Translations under genes and position numbers: made by a program
Part shown: piece after piece, positions 48,096-61,054 of the stretch
How positions within the stretch are numbered: position 1 is the stretch's first letter
Layout: each line of letters opens with the position of its first letter
Notes under the pieces: model-generated
Told to the model about the DNA's origin: nothing
Database searches by the model: none
What the model saw: the letters and a program-made list of their open reading frames with translations, nothing else
Source of the DNA: Vezdaea acicularis
Taxonomy: Eukaryota
NCBI GenBank assembly: GCA_026025075.1
Contig: JAPEUI010000039.1
Location: 1 to 64,000, forward strand
DNA: 64,000 bases
Direction of reading: 5' to 3'

Positions 48096-48884
48096 ATGCA
48101 TTCAGCCATCGTGCGGGCGCAGAATGTCTTCGGGTTCTTTACAACAGTTGCATTCTCTGTAGCGGCTTTAGTTGCATTCTCTGTTCTGATCTTCCCGCAG
48201 CAGCCGTCCGCAGATATAACGTTGAAGAGCGTCCAGGTGTAAGTGAATGAATGTCACACGATGGAAAAGCTTCTGATGATCACCAGAGTCAAGGGAAGAC
48301 CACATTATTACCGCACGAAGAAGGAAGAATATGCAATAATCAGATTCAATTTGGACGCAGGTTAGTCAGGTAGTTCTAGTCTAGCTAGGAGTCTGTCCCT
48401 AACCTCTTCGCATCGTTTAGATCTTTCCTCTTTATTCAATTGGAATACTAAACAGATTTTTGTATGGGCAACTGCGAAATGGCCCGCGGACAAAGCCAAT
48501 GTCGCCCCAAATGAAGCTGTGATATGGGATCAGATCATTACAGCCGACCCAAGCCAGAACCCAAACCTACCTATGGATCGCCGGAAGTCAAAGAGCGCGC
48601 CACTACCAAAAAGTGAGCGGGGAGTGATTAAGCTGAGAAATCAAAAGGCAAAATACCAGATCACCGACATGATTGGAAACATTGCGCACAAGACTAATGC
48701 GACGCTTGAACTTTCTTGGAACGTGCAGCCATGGGTAGGGGCATTGACATGGACGACGCATAAACCATGGGGAAATTGGCACGCGCTAAGAGGGGGTAAG
48801 AGCAAGAAGTTTGACTTTCCCGACCTTAAGGTCAAGAAAGATGCGGGAGCTGGGAGCAGCAGCAACAAAGAAGCAAAAAGTTAA
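48096..48884 (+). CDS. SPC3: Signal peptidase complex subunit Spc3 (SPC22/23)
   Basis: MHSAIVRAQNVFGFFTTVAF, spliced FNLDADLSSLFNWNTKQIFVW, VIWDQII, LSWNVQPWVGAL. Confidence 0.9.
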
Positions 48885-49121
48885 AGCATTACAGATATGA
48901 CTGTGTTACAAAGAGACAGTTTCTTGCATTAGGTCAATTTCTTGTATTCGGAATTGATGCAATCAGCCGTAGCTTTTGAGAGATTGAGATGCTCTTGATA
49001 TTATAAAACCATTCTGTTGTCCATAACTGGTATACAGTGGCTTCACAACGGCAATCAATGTGGATTTCGAGGGGGCATTAATAAATTTCAAACCCCTTAG
49101 GTAAGGTTGGATAGAATGACT

Positions 49122-52100
49122 TCACTGTAGCTGTGCTTCCAGAACAGGACCACCCCGAGCGCGGTGTGAGCTTCTCCCCCGGAAATCGCTACCCGCATTA
49201 CCTCTCATTGCCCTTCCTCTCCCTCTTCCTCGCGAGTCCAATGATTGTGGCGGGGCCACAGTCGAGTACTGTTGAAGCTGGGAGGCCGGGTTGCGTGGTT
49301 CTGGGCCTCTGCTCAAGCCTCGATGAAGACTGCCTCTTTCCCTTCTTGTCATGCTCGTTTGGCTAAATCTGCCCCGGGAATCGCTGCCAAAATTGGCTCT
49401 TGCAGATCGCTGGCCATTATGACCGGAATTACGGTTGGTCGCCTGTTGGTGGGTAACAATATCGTCTTCCAGCCCATATGTGCGAGCGCCGTTCTGCTGA
49501 CTAGCGACGGCATTTCTGAAAGAACCACGAATAGGTGGAGGTACTCTAGCTTCTACTAGCTGACCCCGTCCACCGAGTCCTAGAGGCGTACCATAACCAT
49601 TTAAAGTCGATGGCTTTACGTTGGAGAAAGGACGATGGTCTGCAGCTGCCTTTGACCCAGATATTAGCTGTCGATTTGTAATGTTCAGGGCTGATGTAAA
49701 AGGCACAGTTGACCCTCGGAATGGACTGCAGCGATCACCTAGGGTGGTCCCACTCATGAAAGTGACGTCGAAAACAACATCTAACAAGGTCGTCCTGGGC
49801 GTTCTTGTCAAGCCAACTACCGTACCGCGAGTAGCAATCGGGACGCGGCCAGAGTCCTGAACGTACACAATACGATCGCCGATAGAGAATGACTGATTTC
49901 CGAGGCGGCTTTCAGCATCAGCAGGCTTTAGGAGGGCGCTCCTAGGCACGCCTTTAATCTTTTTACCCTCAACTGGAGGTCCATTTTGTACCTGCTTATC
50001 AGCGGCTTGCTCGATCAAATGTACTATATCGGAATCAAGCTGCTCTGCATCCAGGGGAACCTTTTCAAAAGCCTTTGACTCTACGGACCGCAGCCATGCT
50101 TGTATCTCTTTGATCTTCGTAGTAGCAGTATCTCCCGGATAAAAGTCCGTGGGTTGATATAGATCCCCTTTAGGATTCCTCTGTATTCCAGCAATGAACT
50201 CTGGAAATTTAATCATGTATTCCTGCAGTAGTTCAATTGCTTTCTGGCTGAACTCCCACCCAGATTGGCCGCGACGTGAGTACCCAAGGACTTTTAACTT
50301 CTTCGCCTCGAACTTGAGGTTTAAGCCGAGGTTGACCCGCGAACCATCGACTACTACGGAAAAGGCGGAAGTAATCTTACTTAATACCAAGCCATTCAGG
50401 TTTAGCATTCGGGCTACTGCATATGATGGTATGTACGGGATTGTGTTCTCAGCGGCAGTGACAATCTCGCGACCGAATTCTGGTTCCCGCCCTTTAACGA
50501 TAGATACCCATACTTCTGCCTTCTTTTCATAATGTCTGACGACCTCAAGCGGTCGACCATAGTTGAACTCACCGAGGAAGAATGCACGTGTACCCTCAGG
50601 AAACTCGACTTCGATGGGTTTTGCCACCTCTTCCAAGAATCTCTGATCTTCGCTCAACACCTCGTCGACCACTGTTTGAGAGGCATAATCTACTTCCATG
50701 CCCGGGATCTGTGCATAATCTTTGACGGTAGCTCCGTCATCAGTCTTTCTGAGGCCTTTCAACATGTCCACATGGACTAAACTCTCTACAGGACCAATTA
50801 AAAATCCAAGCCTTTTGCTATAGTTGTTTTCGATGCGGTTGGCTTTCTTCCTCCAAGCATCGATCTCCTGAGGGCTATGAGGAATAGAAACAACATCTCC
50901 AGGGCCAGATTCGGGGAGAATATGATTGAAGAGTTCGTCTGAGACTCGAACGACGAGCGCCTCCTGTAGGAATGGGTATCCGACGTGCACCTTGGCACCC
51001 AATTTTTTTCTTGCAGCAGTTACCTTAGACTTAGCCTCAGCGCCTGTAAGGGTGATGAGCATGCTCTCATTTCGACTATCTTGCTGAAATACGTTGACAC
51101 CATGAGAGCCCAGAGAGCCAACATATGGGAGCGTTTGTAAGCTCGGAAAACCAGCTAAAGCTGCCGACCCTAATTTAACACCTGGCATTAAACCATGATG
51201 AATTTTCAGCCCTTCTATTGTCGGAAGTTCAAAGGCGTTCACAATGCAATGGCAGTGAGGAAGATCCGGAAAAACTCCTACCATGGAAGAAGGGTATGTA
51301 AAGTCCATGTCAGGCGAATAACTGAACTTAAGAGACACTCCGAAATCGTTTCGAGCTCGCTCGGCTTCTGTAAGTAAATGATCTTTCGAAGCCATCGCTG
51401 CTAGCAGCCGCTTCTCATCAATGAAAGGTATCTTCACGACTGCTTCCCATTCCATCTTCTTGCCGTTCATGTCTAGTTGAAAGTCACGCGGATAGAAGTC
51501 GATGATAGGTGAATGTGGGTTGACCATCAGATCGTGATACGGCATTGGTACGATCTTTTTGCTTCGATCTGGCAGGACACCCATGAGCTGTTGATATGGT
51601 CTGAATGGCTGACCTAGCTCAAAGGAAAGGTCCGCGCCCAACCCTTTTTTGACATCTTTTACTCATTAGCAAACATTAATGCACAAGTGTCGTTTGAGTT
51701 CAAGTATATTAGGCTCACCTGAGATCATTGGAGAATAATGGTATTGGTAAAACCACGGCCAAGATGCGACGCCTTGGTAGTAGTAGAACAGAACCCATTG
51801 TAGGCCTTGAACGTAGTTTTCGGTAAGCTTCTTCATCTCACCTTCATCCTCAAGGCTCCAGCCGAACTTTTCTCGGTAGTAAGTATCTTTCCAATTGTGA
51901 AATTTTTCCTGGTATTTCCTCTCACTTTCCGCCTTCGCTTCTTGAGTAGTGACATCTACGACGTTTGCTTTTTCGTAGCGCTTTATTACTCTTAGGAGTG
52001 CCACCTGAGACTCTTCATTTCCTTGCTCATCTTCGTCGAGACTATCAGGTAGGTTCAAGCGTAGGTGTCGGTCTCCGTTATCGTTTTCTAGTGTCTTCCA

Positions 52101-53521
52101 AATCAACCGGAGTTTATCAGCAAGGTCTGTTGCAAACTTTCTGTCTTGCGCGGACAAAGTTGGCGGAAGATCAAGTTGCTTCTTCAGGCCATCCCGTTCT
52201 GATATCTGGTTACAGACAAAGGATCTTATCATCTGGAAAATAGCCCTTTGAGCGGTCGACATGTGAAAGCGTCCTTGTTCATTTTTTGAATCCATGATAT
52301 CGACCTTTGCCATTTGCTTGCCCTTAAACCAATTTGCGTCTGCATTCTCGGATTCAAAAAAGCGGTACTCAACATGCGATAGTTCATCTAGCAGGGTTGC
52401 CAGTCGATCGACACGTATGACGCCGTCCTCATTTATGTAGCCTCCAGCTGCTGGTAAAACCGATTTATAAACCTTAAACATAAGGGCCAAAGCTCCCTCA
52501 TTTATATGCAGGTTCGGGAGATTCGGTAGAAAGTCGTTCCCCACAAAAAATGCCATTAATATAAAATCATCAATGACGCGCTCCATATCAAAAGAGAATC
52601 TCAGGGCGCCAGGCTCTTTTAATCCCTGAAATTCCAGCTCTAGATATTCTCGTACAAGGCATAAATGCATAAGGTAAAAGTTCTGATGCTCTAGTTCCTT
52701 TGATTTCTTTTGGTTTTGACGACCAAAAGTGACTTCTTCTCGAAGAAGACAAAAATGAGGATCGTGACTCAAAAGGCCCAACATGATTAGATCAGCATCT
52801 AGCCCATAGAGACAGTGACGAGTATTCGGATCATAGAGCTCCTGTGCTTTTGCTAGGCGAATATACTCCATGATCTTGTGTTCACCCTCACCGGGGACTT
52901 CGTGACCTGACAATACTATCTCGACGCCTTGCCAATCGGCGTCTTCTGAGACCTTCTTACTGATAAAGTACTTCAATTGCTCTGTCAGTTTTGCCATGAA
53001 CTCCGTCCCTACATGTACATTAGTAATCGTCACTGTATTGAGAGAGTTTGAGCTAGATGACAAACCTGGAGTGATGCAGTTGCTATCAAAAGCGTCCTCT
53101 TTTGGCATCTCTACACCATCTCGTATGGCCTTTTCTTTGGCCTTCTCAGCATCCAAAGCTGTCCTAAACCTTCGAGCTCTTTGCTGGTTCATCTTCGCCC
53201 GAGGTGCTACGCCGTCGATTGCCATGAAGAAGAGTTGTTTTGGCTTTATCTTTCCAAACAAATGCTCGATATAGTTGAAGATAGCAATGAACATCTTGTC
53301 TTCCGTCATGCGAAAAGTCGGAGAGTCTGAGTCTTTGTGCGTGCAGTTGTGGATGATGCCGTTCATGTCAAGCTAAAAGTGCATCAGCCATGTGTCCAAG
53401 AATAAGGGCTATGGTTGCCCACGTATAAACAGTCGAATTCTGGAATTCTATTTTCGGCGATAAGCTGCGATATTGCTGGGTAGCGCTCACTCATCCACCG
53501 GAAGAATTTAGGGACACCCAT
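49122..53521 (-). CDS. XRN1: 5'-3' exoribonuclease 1
   Basis: MGVPKFFRWMSERYP, DMNGIIHNC, DGVAPRAKMNQQR, PGEGEHKIM, YGLDADLIML, long SH3-like C-terminal region. Confidence 0.96.
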
Positions 53522-54142
53522 GTCTGCGAATCGAGGTCACACGCCGCAAAAAGTAACATATAGAGTCTGTAACCTTTTAGAGAGGGCTTTGGACTTCTGG
53601 AAAGGACGATCTTGCGGAAAATATTACGGTCACCGCCCGGCGTTCAAGAAAACCGTCCTAGGGTGAAGCAATGTAGTCTTTGGAGGTTCAGGTCCAGCTC
53701 CGTCAGCTTTCCGTCGACCTTCCAAAATGTCGAAGATCCATCACAAGATGGTTTCCCTTTCAGCGCGACTTGAGGGATCTACTTGTTGCTATAAATGTCC
53801 GTAAACTGGAAGAGAGTAAGTTATGGACAGAGCCCCACCGCTTGTAGCGGAGTTTGGCGACTTTCACTAGCAGACACGGAGATGCTGGCGCTGAGATTAG
53901 CGAGCCAGGGCCCATTTGCAGGTTCGCACAGACCTGACACGGACTTTCTCAGATTAAGTCGCGTCTCGCGTCTGCTAATTTGCTACTTGCGTTGCTTGAG
54001 CAAATATACAACAGATGCCCATCTCCGACAAACAACGAAGAGTAAGATATATATGAGACAACCTACAGTCTCACCCGTTTTCGGCAAGAGCTACTAAGTC
54101 ATCAAAACCTCAGCTCTGAGTGCCCTCAAACTCGTCTGAAAT

Positions 54143-56038
<1,896 letters not shown>

Positions 56039-56430
56039 ATCTATAACAGGTCATCATAAAACTTAAGTAGACTGATTCTCCACACGAGAGCATTGCGAGT
56101 CAAAGTCCAATGAGGACCTTTATTGATGTTCGCGCGCCGATTCTGATATTTGACTGCTCTGAACAAGGCTCTTGTCTCTTGCGTGGTTCCATGCCTCTGT
56201 GTCATTAAGAATTGGCGTGCCCTTAATTGACGAAACAGCGTCATCGCTTCGGCTGGAGCCGGCTGATTTGAGTGGGACCCAAAACGAAAAAAAGTTGCTA
56301 GCATCGGGTTCATAATTCGCTGCTTAGCTCGTATGACTTCTAAGAGTCAGTTGCTTAACTAATAAATATTTTCAGCGTCCCTGTTTCCTAGAGCTAGTTT
56401 TGGTTCACTCAATTCAGGTCTTTCTGAGTG

Positions 56431-57485
56431 ATGACCCATTCACCCCCAGTAGGGCCTAAGCCGAAGTCTGCACTACCATCTTATTTGATCAATGGGAGCT
56501 CGCCGTTACATGCGCCAGCTCACAATGTGGAGCGCGAAAAGCTTTACGCATCGCTTTCGGCATCCACGAATCACAGGCAATCTGTAGATCTTAACGGTTC
56601 CGAGCTTATTCGCAATGGCAACAATATATCAAAGCGTGATTCTAGAGTACAGGTCGGCGATCCCCCACGAGATCCTAGAGATGAGATTTCTCCATCGACG
56701 CCACCCACTACGAGCCGCTCTGCTAGCCCATATACTCTGAATCCTCCAATAGACTTTGATGGGCTGAGTTGGCCAAGTCAGTCTACTCAGTACTCAGACT
56801 TGATGATAGCTGACATGGTACAGGCCTTGGGACGAGAGAGAGGCTTGAGGCCACAACAGAAGAGCAAGAGGTACGGTTAAAGAAGCTTTCAGAAGCAGTG
56901 AAAATGATCCTGGAATGTATCGGCGAGGATCCTGAGCGGGAGGGGCTACTGGGCACCCCCGAAAGATATGCCAAGGCCATGCTCTTCTTTACCAAAGGTT
57001 ATGAAGAGAACGTGCGCGACATTGTGAACGGAGCAGTGTTCCAGGAAGATCATGACGAGCTAGTCATAGTAAAGGACATAGAGGTATTTTCGCTGTGCGA
57101 GCATCACCTCGTTCCCTTCACTGGAAAGGTTCCTGCTCCGCGATCTACACAGCTAAAATAGTTGGCTGACCGGAGGAACCAGATGCATATTGGATACATC
57201 CCCAATCGTAGAGTTTTGGGCCTTTCAAAACTAGCAAGGATAGCAGAAATGTTCTCACGTCGCCTTCAAGTTCAGGAGCGGCTTACGAAACAAGTAGCTT
57301 TGGCATTATCAGAGGTTCTTCGACCTCAAGGAGTCGCCGTAGTAATGGAATCAAGTCATCTCTGTATGGTGATGAGAGGCGTACAAAAGACCGGAGCCAT
57401 GACCACCACAAGCTGCATGCTGGGATGCATGCGCTCCAGTGCTAAGACCAGAGAGGAATTCCTAAGTCTACTGAATCGTCGATAG
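56431..57485 (+). CDS. FOL2: GTP cyclohydrolase I
   Basis: [52 protein letters not shown]. Confidence 0.95.
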
Positions 57486-58027
57486 CCAGCAAGATGGGCG
57501 TCATCTGTTGCATGTACTTGCATCGATTTTGGTCTTTAGGGGGTTGCAGTGAACTATTCGAAGGTAGGCTCTACTTTCTATAGTTGCTCTTTCAACACTT
57601 AAAGCAATAAGCAGAGTTCAACACAAATCTTCAAATGGATAGTTCAGAAATTTGAGTCTTTTCTCTTGTCTAAGATATGCCTCTAGATTCTGACAAGTTA
57701 TTGCTTGTGGAGCGGGAAAATTCCTGTAGGGCTAAGTTGACTGTATCTTCATAATCACATTTTGCCGTCTTCGTCGTCTACGGTTTGCCGTTATTTCCTT
57801 CGCGACTACCCAAGACAGCAAAACACCACCCTTCACTGGGAACTTGCGCCTGTGTACAGGGCCTAAAATAGGGCACCAAGAGTGACAATCAAGGTTAGTC
57901 ATGTGCCATTTGAATAGCTGGGATTCTTCTTAGGGCTTAGTTCTGCGTCAAAATTGAACGGGGGAATGAAACCTGAGATAACCACCACCCGCCTTTGCTA
58001 CTCGTATTCAGACATAAAGACTAGCAT

Positions 58028-59308
58028 ATGCTGAAGTTTTTTCTTGATAGAAACCCTCTAATTTTATCATTGCAGGAAAGGTGCTGTTTTCATTCTGTGG
58101 CCCTGGAATCTCGAATGGCGGACCGAAAAAATACCTTCACCAGTACGTTGGGGGATTTCTTACGGTCAGACAGCAGCCTGCCATCAGAATCGGAAGAGCA
58201 GTCGCAATACAAACATCGGCAAACCATGTCATTACCCTATAGAAATGTCCCTAACTCGTCACAGCACGACAGGCCAGAGTCTCCAGCCATCGGCTCTTCA
58301 GAGAGACCCAAAGCCAAGATTCAAGAGGTGGCTGGTTGTTCTGATCACAGGGACAAAGACAGCCTAGTTGGATCATGCGAAAGCTTCAACGTCTTCACTG
58401 GTTTAATCAACTACCCCGAACTACTATTTGAAGTTGCTGGTCATCTGGATCTCGAGGACCTCATATCACTTTATGCAATCTCGAGGGACTTCCACAATGT
58501 GATGAACACTCGCTTCACTGCAATGATCATCTATCAGGCTCGTGTGCAGTCGCCGGAATCTTCGCGAGTCTTCTCATTTAGAGCTTACAGAACCCTCTGT
58601 CATGGCGATCCTTCTGGGCAACAGAACGAAGGTAAGGTAACGGATGTCCGTCTAGTGCCTACTTTCCGATGGCTCCGCATGGTTTATTTCCGCGACAAAG
58701 TCGTGCAAGATATCATCAGAAATCTCGCCGCTGCAGGCCATATGCTACCACCGAGAGCGAGCTTGGTACTTAAAAAAGTCTGGATGGCCTTGGATATCGG
58801 AACAAATGCGAAGAGAATCGGCCTGTTTCACAATCCAGCCCTCTGGTCAGACGAGGATCTCTACATTGCAACCATGTTCTTTATCAAGCTGGACATGAGG
58901 CTTTCTGACCCTGTTGATGGATGCGGTGAGAGCACCTTTAGGAAAATGATGATGGGGCAACGCAGCCTGTCAATATTATGCACGTGCTTAAATGCAGGAG
59001 GTAGACTCAGACAGCTGGATATATTATAGATGTATGTATGCTGGGCCTACAAGCCCAGCCCTGAGCACCAAAACCTCCGCATCCTTGGGGTTAGGGTCGA
59101 TGAAATTGGTAGAGGGTGCTTGGAAGGATGGGGAGCGGGGACCAGAGCCTTGTTGCGGCCGGATGAGCTGGTTATGCGAGAGGGACTAAGAAGGGGATTG
59201 AACATGCAGCATGAATACTTGGATATGATGCTTTGGGGCTACGTTGATTTGAGCCAATTTGACGATGGCAGGGTGCATCCACATGGGAACTCAAATGCTG
59301 ATTACTAG
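58028..59308 (+). pseudogene. F-box-like hypothetical gene with one in-frame TAG (59027-59029)
   Basis: YPELLFEVAGHLDLEDLISLYAISRDFH is F-box-like; ORFs 58028-59029 and 59030-59308 are contiguous in the same frame; start may be 58114. Confidence 0.6.
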
Positions 59309-61054
59309 GGACAGAGACACCTAGTGTGAAATTGGAGAGCAATTAAGCTCCTACCAGGGGCTACCACAGATCTAGCTACAGTTCAAGTTCCTTAGATCCC
59401 GAATCTTGTCCCTCTAGTCAGGGTCTCTTGCTGATGATAGCTCATCGCTTGCATTCGAATTTTGGTAGTCCCAATCAAGGAGAGTAGAACTGAAGGAAGG
59501 TGGCACTCATCAAGTGAACTTTTGGTGGCTCTGCTATGTGATGCAGGCTGTTGAGCACGATAGACATCAATACATAATAATAATTTCTAGATAATTGCTC
59601 ACTGGTCATAATCATTAGTTAAGCGAATTGGTGGAAGGAGCAGCTGACTTCCGCTTGTGTCCTAACTCAACATCATTCGTACCGACTCACAGATTCATCA
59701 CATCAAAAGGTTGCGAATTTCCTTAACTCTTCTCTTCGCATGACACTGGAACAAGCAGAGAACATTTTTACAATGCGGCTACGTACACATCGATTCCTAC
59801 TGCGAGGCTGCCCTTGACCGACTACACCAAGCGAAGGTCCGGCAATCCGCGCGCCAGCTTTCGCATCGATTCAGTCTGTGCAATATCCATCGTCACGCCT
59901 TGAAACCCTATTCACTTTCCTGCATGATCTTTTCAACCCGGATGAACTCCTTTATCAGTCTCGTCGTACTTATCGCCTCCTACTCGGGATAAATGATCAC
60001 ATGGGGCTGGTCACAACTAATAATACCAGAATCACTGACTGGTCGGAGTGTCGCGTCGATCCTACTCCTGACTAAAGTACGGGTATATCGAAAGGGCCTT
60101 GTAAGATCTTAGAAGGGACTTTATAGAGGGGTGGGCTGCTACGATCGAAAGGCCGACTGTCAAGAAATGTATTCCAGTGCGCTTCAATGTCGCACATATC
60201 AACTCAACGCTAGAAACAAACCGCGCTTGAAGCGGGCGGAGAGACCTTCTTTCCCAAGCAACATATCTCTGTCCATCGGAACAAGATAGCATTCATCTCC
60301 GGAGCTGAATGAGCTTAGAAGCCGCTGTTTGCAGCAGACGGACATGTCGCTTCGTTTCCATGCGGTCAGAGCAACGTACCCCAGTTGCTTCATCATTCTT
60401 GGTCATGGGACCCGTCCCAGGTAGGGCGTGCAGCAATGCTATTGCCTTCCTGTCACCTTTCCATAGGCGGATATCAAGGGTCTTGCTAGACCATGCAGTG
60501 TGCTTGAGGAGTCGGTCGTGATGGGTGGTCCGTCGGTTCCAGTCCGCCTGAGCTCGGTGAATCATCTCGCGAGTTATACAGCGATGTCATGCACTTTTCA
60601 TTTGTAACCCCTCAGCGTGTTGATCGTCGTAGATAGCTTGCCTGCTGAGACTTTGCAACTTGAGACCGCCGATAGCATCCGTTTGATACGGTCAAATGGG
60701 CTGGCGGCCTTGGTGCACTGCAGGATGACTGAAGGACCGCAACTCGTTGCATCAAGTCACGTGCCTCGAAGAACGAAACGAATTCAGGCTGCGGCAACTC
60801 TACGACTGGTGCTTGCCGTCAAAGTCGAACTTTCTTTGACATCACAACCTCTGAGCTGCAGCGGTGTGTCTAATTACCTGGATTGTAACTAACTCCCTGG
60901 CTGCTTCATGCATTCAAATTGTAAGCATAAAGACTTGCTAAACATAGCCAAGCTTGACTGCTAATAACGAACTGTTTAGCACCTTTCGAACTAACTTCGG
61001 TGAATAATCTCAACCTTCATCGAGTGACCTGGATTCAAATGACTTGACTGTAAC

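Noticed and set aside
59001..59029. Intron removing the in-frame TAG of the F-box-like gene
   Set aside because: GTAGAC...TAG is only 29 nt and would shift the frame; other nearby GT donors are also out of phase.
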